Shown piece after piece: positions 1 through 8,391 of a stretch of DNA of 34,837 nucleotides. The DNA is from an uncultured virus (IMG/VR IMGVR_UViG_3300027917_000026) (taxonomy: Duplodnaviria > Heunggongvirae > Uroviricota > Caudoviricetes), in IMG/VR virus record IMGVR_UViG_3300027917_000026; one strand, given 5' to 3'. The position numbers and the translations under genes were made by a program. A model generated the notes under the pieces. That model was not told where the DNA came from and ran no database searches. It saw only the letters and a list, made by a program, of their open reading frames with translations. Each line of letters opens with the position of its first letter. Position 1 is the first letter of the stretch.

Positions 1-1401
1 CTTTATCATATCAACATCGGCGGCGGGTAGCATTTTCCGCGCAACCTGTTTTTGTAGTTGTTTATTGAATATGTCAGATTTGACTATAATTGATGCAGTC
101 AAAATATTTTCAAGGTCTGTCGCAAGATCCTCAACGTCATACGTTCTTTCACGTTCAATTGAAAATTCGCCAACATCTACATTTTCCCATGCCGCCCAAT
201 ACTCAACAATCTTGCGTTCCGCTTTTTCAAGGTTAATTGCTTTTCGCACCAACATGGAGTTAAGCAATTGAAATTCGGCTTTCAATGCCGTACCCGATTT
301 TGCTGTTGTAGATATTTCAGTGGATGCCATTCCGCCAGCGTTCACGGCTCGATATATCTCCATAACTTTTCTTTCAATCCATGCTAAAACCGCGTCAATC
401 GGTTCTTTAACTGCGGCGGCAAGCCAATCAGGTTTTGACTCCGGATGTTCGGGATCAAATTCTAAAATTGCAGTAACACCTGTTTCATCCTCTCCGGCAA
501 CCTGTTGATGACCGGGCACTTGCTCCTGTTTCGGTTTTCTCATCATAGGAAAAGCCGCATAAGTAATAATTTCTTCGCCGTGACTTAAATTCCTTAGTAT
601 TGAAACATCGATTCTCGAAACATCATGGATATCCGAAATACCTATCGGCCTAACTTTACTTCTAAGATTTTGTAGCCAAACAAACGGAATCTCACCCAAT
701 GTATTATCACCCTCACCAATCAATTCCGCTTCTTTTGAATTTATCTTCGCGGCGTGCTTATCACCCGCCGAATCCTCATCATTTTCATCATCAGGTATCT
801 CCCATATCTCCCAATGGTCTGGCCACCACAAGCGATATTGTTTATCCTCATCCAATAACTTCAAATAAGACAGATACGGCCGGTTGTTTTCGTCTCGCGC
901 ATATTCCCAATCCATAATAGCTTGCGGAAGATATCTTGCCACATATGGATAAACATTTTCTTCGACTTGCTCGGCGCGGGTTTCAAATGATCGGGATGCC
1001 TTATCTACAAGTATTCCGACAAGACCTGTCACACCCGCCCACCGACCGCATTCCGTCAAGAAGTCATCCCATGGATCACCATACAAATTGCAGTCATCTT
1101 GAAATTCGGCAAACAGGTTGTCATTTTTAAGGTTCGCCATATCACGCTTTACAGGTTTCTTGAAAAGGTAGAAATTGAAAAGGTCAACTATCGATTTGCT
1201 ATAACTAAAACCATATGCTTCTTTTATTCGCCGTTCATAGTTGCCTTGGCTTTCACGTTCATGTTTTTCAAGATACCCTCTTCGCACCAACTCTTTTGCA
1301 CCCTCATATGCCGCCATCAAAAAAATCCATTCTGGGAAGTAAAACGTATAGAGTTCATGCGTTTCCTTAAGATCACCAGCTTTCAGTTGTTCTTTCGGCA
1401 T
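1..1401 (-). CDS. Phage portal protein (SPP1/DUF4055-like), 3' end outside the window
   Basis: Hand translation from ATG at 1401 (MPKEQLKAGDLKETHELY...AAYEG...YLEKHERESQGNYERR...LGEIPFV...SGTALKAEF) stays open to base 1. The motifs and the position downstream of terminase fit a portal. Absent from the ORF track, presumably because it has no stop in the window. Confidence 0.85.
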   Translation of the reverse strand, partial: MPKEQLKAGDLKETHELYTFYFPEWIFLMAAYEGAKELVRRGYLEKHERESQGNYERRIKEAYGFSYSKSIVDLFNFYLFKKPVKRDMANLKNDNLFAEFQDDCNLYGDPWDDFLTECGRWAGVTGLVGILVDKASRSFETRAEQVEENVYPYVARYLPQAIMDWEYARDENNRPYLSYLKLLDEDKQYRLWWPDHWEIWEIPDDENDEDSAGDKHAAKINSKEAELIGEGDNTLGEIPFVWLQNLRSKVRPIGISDIHDVSRIDVSILRNLSHGEEIITYAAFPMMRKPKQEQVPGHQQVAGEDETGVTAILEFDPEHPESKPDWLAAAVKEPIDAVLAWIERKVMEIYRAVNAGGMASTEISTTAKSGTALKAEFQLLNSMLVRKAINLEKAERKIVEYWAAWENVDVGEFSIERERTYDVEDLATDLENILTASIIVKSDIFNKQLQKQVARKMLPAADVDMIK

Positions 1402-1551
1402 TTATCTTTTTCCTTTTTTCTTCTTTTTCTTTTTGCCTGTTTTATATGACTGCCCTGTTTGATCTTGACAGATCCGAATTGCGGATACTTTGCTTTTTCC
1501 CGAAGCAATTACTTTTCGCACTCACCTATGGACTTTCGTGCCTTTTGGCAT
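1402..1551 (-). CDS. 49-aa basic protein with in-frame TGA at codon 10; candidate selenoprotein (MPKGTKVHR-U-VRKVIASGKSKVSAIRICQDQTGQSYKTGKKKKKKKGKR)
   Basis: SD AAGGAG then ATG at 1551; TGA at 1524-1522; frame continues to TAA at 1404-1402, directly abutting the portal ATG; hairpin immediately 3' of the TGA. Confidence 0.7.
1480..1521 (-). promoter_or_regulatory. Putative bacterial SECIS element
   Basis: After the UGA: G-UGCG-AAAAGUAA-UUGCUU-[CGGGAAA]-AAGCAA-AGUAUC-CGCA. The apical loop starts 19 nt after UGA with G at loop position 2, matching the general bacterial SECIS model. Confidence 0.6.
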
Positions 1552-1560
1552 TTTTACTCC

Positions 1561-1830
1561 TTAACCAAATTTCGGATTAAAACTAATTCTTCGTCGCGTT
1601 GACTTATACCCACCTGTTGACAATTTATATGCGGCTTGCGCCGTTCTTATGTTTCCGGGAGATCCTGTACGTGCAATATGCTTCAGTGCGGCCTTTTTTA
1701 ATTTCGGTGATGTTCGCATACCGCGCTTTAATGCTTCCCGCGCTTTTGCCATATTCAGCTTACGTGCCGCACGTTGTCGCGGGGTGATCCGTTTCGGCCT
1801 AAGACTTTTACTTCTTTTTCTTTTAGCCAT
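1561..1830 (-). CDS. Small Lys/Arg-rich protein, paralog 1 (ITPRQRAARKLNMAKAR motif)
   Basis: SD AAGGAG; very basic; motif shared with 2702-2905 and 3027-3239. Confidence 0.8.
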   Translation of the reverse strand: MAKRKRSKSLRPKRITPRQRAARKLNMAKAREALKRGMRTSPKLKKAALKHIARTGSPGNIRTAQAAYKLSTGGYKSTRRRISFNPKFG

Positions 1831-2692
1831 TTTTACTCCTTAATTTTCTTTTTAATTTCAAGTAGTGTTTCTTGATTGCTCGGAAACAGGTACACCAACT
1901 TTCACTGTCATCCGGCGGCGGAGGCGGATCGGGCGTAGGTGGCGGATCGGGCGGCGATTCTTTTCCGCCAAACATTACTCCCGCTTTGTTTTCGCTTGAC
2001 CCCTCAATTTGTGGCGTTTGCGGGTATTTCCTTGACGGTAAATGCCCCGATATCTTTGTGCCAAATGCGTTGTAGTCAATCGGATATAATTCATTAAGGA
2101 TATTTAAGGCAAACCTTGAAAACAAGCCGCCATTTTCATCTTCATATGAATATTCGTCATCCGAACATGCCGAAAGTAGTATTTCCGGCATTGCCTCATC
2201 CGATAAAAAACTTTTACTACGTTTCGCGGTTAACGGCATATCCGTTTTCGGCTGTCTAAATTTTCTTTTCAATCCTACATCATTTGACATTAATCGCGTG
2301 CCGGTTCCGCCAAAACAGCAATCCAAAATAACGGTCATCGATGACTTCAAATTATTCAAGATTTTTCTGAAGTCATCGTCAAGAAAATCCTGATCGTATA
2401 GGCAAAGTACTTCATCCCAGCCATCCGCTTCATCATTGTTTAGATCCCATTCATACGAACCATGGCCAGAATAGAAAAATACCAAATTGTCTTCGGCGGA
2501 TGCATTGTCAATCATGGTTTTCAAGTCGCCTGTAACCCGCGCCCACGTTGCGTTTGCATTGAAGATATAATTGCACTGATATCCCAATGACTGCAAGAAA
2601 TTGCCCCACTTGGTTGCATCATTGACACATTGCGTCAAATCGTTTTCCCATCCGGGGTAGTCATTTATGCCGACAAGTATTGCCTGTTTCAT
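1823..2692 (-). CDS. Caspase-family (peptidase C14, metacaspase-like) protease
   Basis: AILVGINDY, CVNDA, catalytic FYSGHG, DE.DG.DE, ILDCC, LLSAC, QTPQ motifs; Pro-rich linker and basic C-terminal tail. Confidence 0.92.
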   Translation of the reverse strand: MKQAILVGINDYPGWENDLTQCVNDATKWGNFLQSLGYQCNYIFNANATWARVTGDLKTMIDNASAEDNLVFFYSGHGSYEWDLNNDEADGWDEVLCLYDQDFLDDDFRKILNNLKSSMTVILDCCFGGTGTRLMSNDVGLKRKFRQPKTDMPLTAKRSKSFLSDEAMPEILLSACSDDEYSYEDENGGLFSRFALNILNELYPIDYNAFGTKISGHLPSRKYPQTPQIEGSSENKAGVMFGGKESPPDPPPTPDPPPPPDDSESWCTCFRAIKKHYLKLKRKLRSKNG

Positions 2693-2701
2693 TTTAACTC
2701 C

Positions 2702-2905
2702 CTAATAACGCGGGTTCTTAATCCATCCGCCACCTTCAACCCGCAACCAGCGATTCAATTTATTTTGACCACCAAGAATTCTTTTCAAACCCTTTGTAGT
2801 CAATGCTTTCTTCGTACCCGATGTTTTTGCTCGGCGTGCAATTTCCATGTTGCGTTTTCGGGCGGCACGTTGTTTTGCAGTTATTGTCTTTTTTCTTTTT
2901 GCCAT
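2702..2905 (-). CDS. Small Lys/Arg-rich protein, paralog 2
   Basis: MAKRKKTITAKQRAARKRNMEIARR; SD GAGG. Confidence 0.8.
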   Translation of the reverse strand: MAKRKKTITAKQRAARKRNMEIARRAKTSGTKKALTTKGLKRILGGQNKLNRWLRVEGGGWIKNPRY

Positions 2906-2907
2906 TG

Positions 2908-3015
2908 CTACCTCTTGACGTTCTTTTTGGGTTTTCGACCCTTTGCAGATCCTTTGCGCCTACGGTTTTCCTTCAACCGCATATCCTTTGACCCGCCTGA
3001 TTTTGGTTTGCCCAT
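2908..3015 (-). CDS. 35-aa basic peptide (MGKPKSGGSKDMRLKENRRRKGSAKGRKPKKNVKR)
   Basis: Below the ORF-track cutoff; SD AAGGAGG; fills the gap between its neighbours. Confidence 0.75.
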   Translation of the reverse strand: MGKPKSGGSKDMRLKENRRRKGSAKGRKPKKNVKR

Positions 3016-3026
3016 TTTGCCTCCTT

Positions 3027-3239
3027 TTAAATTAAACCCAAATGTTTTGCCATTGATTCAGTTGAGTTTGTGGTTGACCTTAATATTTTTGTAGCATTTC
3101 TGCTAATTGCACGTTTGCGACCTTTTGACGTGCCGCCCTTTTTATGGCTTTTACTCCATCTGTATCTTCGTGCAATTGCCATATTCTTTTTCCTTGCCGA
3201 ACGTTGTTTTGCAGTAATTCTCTTTTTTGATTTTGCCAT
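3027..3239 (-). CDS. Small Lys/Arg-rich protein, paralog 3
   Basis: MAKSKKRITAKQRSARKKNMAIARR; abuts the upstream stop codon. Confidence 0.8.
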   Translation of the reverse strand: MAKSKKRITAKQRSARKKNMAIARRYRWSKSHKKGGTSKGRKRAISRNATKILRSTTNSTESMAKHLGLI

Positions 3240-3554
3240 TTACCTCATTCCTTCTTTTAGTTTTTTTAATCGGTTTAATTCCATTAATAGCCGCCTGTAC
3301 TCTTCCCGATCCCTGTCAGCCGTTGACCCATGCCATGTAGTACAATTGGCCTGACCGGGATATCGATCCTCAAGTTGCCATATCCTTTGTTGTAAAACGA
3401 AGATCTTGTCATCGAGAATTTTTTGATCCAACCGCATTGCTAAGAATTCAACATCTTCGGCTGTAGCAAAATAAGTTATGGCACCAAACGCAAAACCAAA
3501 TAAAACACAAATGCTGATAATTGTCTTCACCGTATCACTATTAATTAAAGCCAT
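3240..3554 (-). CDS. Membrane-anchored coiled-coil protein (holin-like or lysis-associated, uncertain)
   Basis: One N-terminal hydrophobic helix followed by heptad-like helices; SD AAGGAG. Confidence 0.6.
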   Translation of the reverse strand: MALINSDTVKTIISICVLFGFAFGAITYFATAEDVEFLAMRLDQKILDDKIFVLQQRIWQLEDRYPGQANCTTWHGSTADRDREEYRRLLMELNRLKKLKEGMR

Positions 3555-3556
3555 TT

Positions 3557-3643
3557 TTACTCCTTTTTATTCGGCAACACTAAAACGCTTAGTGCCACAA
3601 TTACACAAATGCCGACCACTACAAGAAGTATTGTTTCAGCCAT
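3557..3643 (-). CDS. 28-aa single-pass membrane peptide (MAETILLVVVGICVIVALSVLVLPNKKE)
   Basis: Hand-translated; overlaps the upstream stop and fills the gap. Confidence 0.55.
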   Translation of the reverse strand: MAETILLVVVGICVIVALSVLVLPNKKE

Positions 3644-3827
3644 CAATGACCGCTTTTTCAGCTTTTACCCACTCAATGATTTGACCACACTCGGCACACT
3701 TGGTTCCTACAATATTATTCCATTGATCATTGAAACCATCCACAAGTATAAACCAATGTTGACTACCACACTCACATGTGGCAAGCGGATAAATAGGACT
3801 TTCAGTTAATGATATTACTTCACCCAT
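3636..3827 (-). CDS. Small Zn-ribbon protein
   Basis: CECG...CAECG; coupled to neighbouring genes. Confidence 0.7.
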   Translation of the reverse strand: MGEVISLTESPIYPLATCECGSQHWFILVDGFNDQWNNIVGTKCAECGQIIEWVKAEKAVIDG

Positions 3828-4092
3828 TTTTTTTTCTTGTCACATTTTTAAAAACATTATAATTGGTATTGCCTACCGATCCAGTCATGCGCGGCTTTTT
3901 TCCATTTGCTACTTTTGACATTGCCGCCGCATCCTTTTTTTCTTCTTCGGCCATCTGTTGCGCCGCTTGCTTTGCGGCTGACATTCTCTTCGGATCATCG
4001 GCAATTCTATTTGCCTTTGCAAGTGTTAAAGCATCTTCCCTTGCACGCCATTCCTTGTCACTCATCGGCCTTGATATATCATCGATTGGCAT
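3820..4092 (-). CDS. Hypothetical phage protein
   Basis: SD AAGGAG; helical; in operon. Confidence 0.75.
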   Translation of the reverse strand: MPIDDISRPMSDKEWRAREDALTLAKANRIADDPKRMSAAKQAAQQMAEEEKKDAAAMSKVANGKKPRMTGSVGNTNYNVFKNVTRKKNG

Positions 4093-4094
4093 TT

Positions 4095-4328
4095 TTACTC
4101 CTTTTTACTTGAAGTTATTTCCGCCCTTGGTATGGATTTCCGAAAATAAAAAGCCAAATCACATTCACTACATTGAAAGCCGGAAACCTTTGCCAGCCCG
4201 GGTTTTTCACCTATCATAAAAAAGAAGTTATTGTCGCACCGTGGACAACAATAAACCATTTCATCTTCTTTTTCGTAGCCGTTTATCGGAATTACATTTT
4301 CGCTCAATCCGTTTTTCCTTTGCTTCAT
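4095..4328 (-). CDS. Small Zn-ribbon protein (start uncertain)
   Basis: CPRC...CSEC; similar layout to 3636-3827. Confidence 0.6.
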   Translation of the reverse strand: MKQRKNGLSENVIPINGYEKEDEMVYCCPRCDNNFFFMIGEKPGLAKVSGFQCSECDLAFYFRKSIPRAEITSSKKE

Positions 4329-4662
4329 TTAATTTAATAACTTTACCCGGACACTCGATCATCCATCCTGTATTGCGATTTACTACCTCTAAAGTGTACG
4401 GATCAACACGTTCCCAGAAGCCCAACTCGACAGGGGTTTTGCCGCAATCCCTACAAAACATCGATAGTAAATCACGGTTGTTTTTAAGATCCCAATTGTG
4501 CGTTATAAATGTAGCAGATCTTAATTTTGCTTCTCTTATTTCCGGCGAAAATCCATTTGGCTTTTCGCGTGCCTCTTTTTCGCTTATTACAATCTCAACA
4601 ACTTCAACATCTTTTTTTACTATGCCGGATATATCATATCCGCAATATGGACAATTATCCAT
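4261..4662 (-). CDS. Hypothetical Cys-containing protein
   Basis: SD GGGGG; CPYC and CRDC pairs. Confidence 0.65.
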   Translation of the reverse strand: MDNCPYCGYDISGIVKKDVEVVEIVISEKEAREKPNGFSPEIREAKLRSATFITHNWDLKNNRDLLSMFCRDCGKTPVELGFWERVDPYTLEVVNRNTGWMIECPGKVIKLNEAKEKRIERKCNSDKRLRKRR

Positions 4663-4694
4663 AACCCCCCTTTTTACTACAAGACCTCTATCGG

Positions 4695-5072
4695 CTAAAT
4701 ATCGATCTCTTTGACTTCCGTTTCCTTATTTTTACTATCCCAAAAAGCTGGGCCGCCAAATTCCCTGACCGCGCTGTAGTAAATGCGAACTGTTCTCAAC
4801 CGTAACTTTAAAAGCCAACGGCTCCGTGTTTTTCCTACAACAATTCTGACCATGTTATTAAGAAAAACCCTATCAGCCACAACTCGATCATCTTCAGTTT
4901 CACCAATATAATACATGTAGTCATGTATATTACAACAGGGATTTACATTGACACCCCAAATTTTATCAGGTACAAAGTAGTCACCAATATCACCCGGGCC
5001 GCAACCGCTTGCAATTTCAGCTTTTGCTTCAGGTGTTAATTTCCAATATTCTTCGGGCGCGTATAATTTCAT
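4695..5072 (-). CDS. Phospholipase A2-like / DUF1353-like phage protein
   Basis: GCGP...VPD...CCNIHDYMY...ADRVF...YYSAVREFG pattern. Confidence 0.6.
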   Translation of the reverse strand: MKLYAPEEYWKLTPEAKAEIASGCGPGDIGDYFVPDKIWGVNVNPCCNIHDYMYYIGETEDDRVVADRVFLNNMVRIVVGKTRSRWLLKLRLRTVRIYYSAVREFGGPAFWDSKNKETEVKEIDI

Positions 5073-5266
5073 TTGACTACCTCAAACCAATCTGAAATTT
5101 TTGGATCGTCTTCGTCAATGCCGTATAAAATCGATCCGCTTGTGTCATCCGTCAAGCCGATGATATGCTCAAACATACTTTCATAATTTTCGATTCTCTT
5201 CGGCGCACGCATGAAAACAGACCCTTTGGGAATAACTAAATTTTTTCTTAAAATAAATTTTTCCAT
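5069..5266 (-). CDS. Hypothetical protein
   Basis: SD GAGGAG before ATG 5266; ATGA overlap with the next gene. Confidence 0.7.
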   Translation of the reverse strand: MEKFILRKNLVIPKGSVFMRAPKRIENYESMFEHIIGLTDDTSGSILYGIDEDDPKISDWFEVVK

Positions 5267-5274
5267 TGACTCCT

Positions 5275-6744
5275 CTATTTCCAATATTTTTTGCCTGATG
5301 AAATATATTGCCTGACAGGATAAACCTTGTGAACATAGTAGCCAATTGCGTCTGACATATGTGAAAGCATCGGATCTTTTTTCTTGTCGATTTCACCGGT
5401 GCCGCCTTCAATTATTCGCGTACCCTCAAAATCCTTTATAGTAAATTCGCATGATGGATCGACAACCATATAGACTTCGCCAAACACATTGCACAAGCGG
5501 GAATTCACGGAGTTAACTCGAACACGTTCTTTCGGGTTTGCCATCGGCACTTGAAAATGTAGTCGTTCGCCAAATGTGGGATACAAAACTTTTTTGACAA
5601 GATCCCAATCACTACCCGAAACCTTGGCTGAACCTTTTGCGCCGCCTGTCGCATCACCATAGCAAAAGACTTTGCCTTCATGTTCACCCCAATCTTCTAA
5701 CAATTTGTCGCAAACGCGGATGGTATTGGAATTGCGTTTAATGAATACTTCGCCAATGATTGCAGTTGTTGACTTTCCTGCAATCTTTAATTGGCCTTTG
5801 ATGGGATTGATAAATTCTTGTGCAACGGCGGCAACGCCCGGATCAACGTTGAAGTCAAACATGAAAATCAGATCGCCTTTTTTCTCATAACGTTTTTTCC
5901 ATGGCTGAATGTTCTTCTGTTCATCCCAATTATAATAAGCCATTCCCGCAAATTGAACAAACGATCCTTCATATTCTTGCTGATATGTAAGCAAATCCAT
6001 ATCGCGCTTTGCTTGCTCAATTTCTTCGGGCGGCAAGATATCTGCACTTAACCAATGAAAGCCTTGCCATGTTGGATCATCATCACCAATCGCCTGTTTC
6101 CATAAATCGTAGTAATGATTCCTACCCTCCGGCACGCCTATGAAATCACACGTTCCGCGCCTATCCGATAATGCTGGCCTGACATGTTCTTCCCATGTCT
6201 CAACTTTCATATTTCCATATTCGTCAAGTACTCCATGATCCCACGGCGGCCCCTCAATACGTTCCGGCTTGTCCATTCCTAAAACGTGAATTTCACTACC
6301 ATTCAAAAGGAAGATAATTAATTCGGATTCGGATGGCGTGCGACTCATCAAATGTTTTGGAGTCATTTGTTTCAGATCTTTCCAGAAGATCCGTTTGGCC
6401 TGATCCCTTGTGGGCGCACCCGCAAAATATCTACCATCACCAAATTTACTACCCATTAATGCCTTTAAAATTATTTTGCGCTTACCCATCAATTCTGTTT
6501 TGCCGGATCGCCGCCCCGCAGGAACCACGTTGAATCTCGCGGATGACTGCCACGCCGCTGATTGTTTGGGATGATATTTCAATGGATACCATCGGCGGAT
6601 GTGTGCGGGTGGTAGTCGTCTTTGATGCAACCCGCCACCATAAATTTGCGATACAGGTCTTTTCATATCTGGATCGCCGTAGAAATTTTCAGCCAATGAT
6701 AATCTCAATTTGACTCCTCTGATTCGGTTGGAACTGAATTCCAC
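5275..6744 (-). CDS. terL: Terminase large subunit (true start probably TTG near 6708)
   Basis: Walker A AGRRSGKT, Walker B VLDEY, GVPEG coupling motif, FDFN nuclease motif, C-terminal HMSDAIGY. Confidence 0.95.
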   Translation of the reverse strand: MEFSSNRIRGVKLRLSLAENFYGDPDMKRPVSQIYGGGLHQRRLPPAHIRRWYPLKYHPKQSAAWQSSARFNVVPAGRRSGKTELMGKRKIILKALMGSKFGDGRYFAGAPTRDQAKRIFWKDLKQMTPKHLMSRTPSESELIIFLLNGSEIHVLGMDKPERIEGPPWDHGVLDEYGNMKVETWEEHVRPALSDRRGTCDFIGVPEGRNHYYDLWKQAIGDDDPTWQGFHWLSADILPPEEIEQAKRDMDLLTYQQEYEGSFVQFAGMAYYNWDEQKNIQPWKKRYEKKGDLIFMFDFNVDPGVAAVAQEFINPIKGQLKIAGKSTTAIIGEVFIKRNSNTIRVCDKLLEDWGEHEGKVFCYGDATGGAKGSAKVSGSDWDLVKKVLYPTFGERLHFQVPMANPKERVRVNSVNSRLCNVFGEVYMVVDPSCEFTIKDFEGTRIIEGGTGEIDKKKDPMLSHMSDAIGYYVHKVYPVRQYISSGKKYWK

Positions 6745-7316
6745 AAAGCCATTGCCGCCTGATTAATTTCTTGTGCATACTCTTCCGGCGTTTTGTTTTG
6801 TTGGATTGCGTCTCGACCCCATTCATCTTTCTTCTTTCGTTCAAGGAACCATGCGGCGGCGTGCCATTGCGGTGCCAATGTAGAAACTGTTCTTTCAATT
6901 TCCATTCCTTTGATCCCTTGTTTAATTTTTGACTTCTTTATTTTATATCCGCCTTTACTACATTTTGTTATGACCTCAAGTGCATCATATTCCCTTTGTG
7001 CCTCAAGCGCAATTATCTTTTTTCTGAAGTGCTTATATTTTTTTAAGGTTTTGTCTTTTCCATAATCCATATATTGATTGAATGCTTCAACTGATATTCC
7101 GGCAAGTGCGCACGCGGTTTGACGTGAAAGACCCAAGGCAATTGCTCCATACAATATCTTTTTGCGGCGGCGGGTAAACTTGGATTTATTGCGATTTGTT
7201 TTTCTTTCGCTTCCTTTTCGGCGTTTTATTTTCCTACCAACATCAACGCGCCGTGTCATCCGCCCACGCCGTTCCTTATAGACTACTTTTTTTCGCCTCT
7301 TTATCTTGCGTGCCAT
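6705..7316 (-). CDS. terS: Terminase small subunit with basic N-terminal extension
   Basis: HTH-like AIALGLSRQTACALAGIS and WHAAAWFLER...WGR motif; directly upstream of terL. Confidence 0.8.
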   Translation of the reverse strand: MARKIKRRKKVVYKERRGRMTRRVDVGRKIKRRKGSERKTNRNKSKFTRRRKKILYGAIALGLSRQTACALAGISVEAFNQYMDYGKDKTLKKYKHFRKKIIALEAQREYDALEVITKCSKGGYKIKKSKIKQGIKGMEIERTVSTLAPQWHAAAWFLERKKKDEWGRDAIQQNKTPEEYAQEINQAAMALWNSVPTESEESN

Positions 7317-7408
7317 TATATATTGAGTTAAATTTAACAGGGGTGTTTTGTGTAGATATTGATAAGGTAATGTGTGACGTGACAAGCTAATAAGATATGA
7401 TGGCCTAT

Positions 7409-7437
7409 ATATTACTAAGTCATTTATATTCTGTCAA
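7409..7437 (-). promoter_or_regulatory. Sigma70-type promoter of the leftward packaging operon
   Basis: TTGACA-17 nt-TAATAT on the minus strand. Confidence 0.65.
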
Positions 7438-7599
7438 GCATTTTCTTTAAAAGTAGTCATTCCCGTGAAATTATTGGCCTTTTTTATATATAGTGGTTTG
7501 CAATTAGGAATCTTCTATATCTCAAATATAGTCAAATGGCCTGATATTGGGTATGGTGCCCGGTCATGGTTTAATATCTAAGGTTCTGATATTTATTGA

Positions 7600-8310
7600 A
7601 ATAGCCTACGGCAAACCCTTATAAATAGCGGCTTTAGAGGCCTACGGCAAACCCTTGTTAAATAACCTTCGTCAAATCCACGGTTCCCTAGGCTTTGCGG
7701 CGATTTTGATAGGGTGCGTGTGAGTCCACGATTGTAGGGCATTTGCGGAAGGTCTTTTTAGCCTGTATTTGGGGTACTGTAAAAACGGACACTTTTTTCG
7801 GATCTTCGGCAAACGCTTATGGTTGTAAGGCGGGTGAAAGCTTAAACGTAGCTGTATATCCGCATGGTTATTGGGTTTGGCGAAGTTTGGTCAAAATTGG
7901 ACTGTTTTTACGTTTTTTATGGTTTTGATGCAATATTTTTTAGATGCCTGCTGGCCGCGCATTTGCCGTAGGCGATTTTGCCTGTAAAACCCTATGGATT
8001 GCGGATCTATAAAATGATGCTACAAAGTGGTGTTTTTTAGCATTTTTTTTGCGTTTTTTTGCCGTAGAAACATATTGAAATCATTAGAGATCCTACAGGG
8101 GTTTTTGGGTCGCAGGAAACCCACGGTTTATGCGGATTTACACTTCTGGGATTGCACGTCTTTATTGGATATCCCGAAGGTCTGACAGGGTATTTTGATG
8201 GTCGCAGGAAACCTTAGAGAATAGCGGATTTATAGAAGGCCTTTGCAAAGCTAATATTGACGCTTATTGGCTCTTCGGCTATGTATTGATTTCAGTGGAT
8301 TTGCCGAAGC
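7600..8310. repeat. Field of short degenerate repeats (CCTWCGGCAAA; GGTCGCAGGAAACC; AAACCC-N-GCGGMTTT)
   Basis: GCCTACGGCAAACCCTT at 7604 and 7640; GGTCGCAGGAAACC at 8108 and 8200; inverted TTTGCCGWAG copies near 7962, 8058 and 8300; no credible ORF. Confidence 0.7.
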
Positions 8311-8362
8311 TGTTTCATATTTCTGAAATTGCCTGTATCCGCAAAACACCTGCAAATAGGCC

Positions 8363-8391
8363 TTGACCTTTACCCCAATAATGCCGATAAT
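8363..8391 (+). promoter_or_regulatory. Sigma70-type rightward (early) promoter
   Basis: TTGACC-17 nt-GATAAT. Confidence 0.55.

Noticed and set aside
65..1449. Plus-strand ORFs over 65-1449
   Set aside because: Antisense shadows of the portal gene.
1522..1524. Genome-wide TGA reassignment (code 4 or 25) as the explanation for the in-frame TGA
   Set aside because: TGA cleanly ends many genes (12975, 13671, 15453, 20727, 29382, ATGA overlaps), and long genes are open in code 11 with Trp as TGG.
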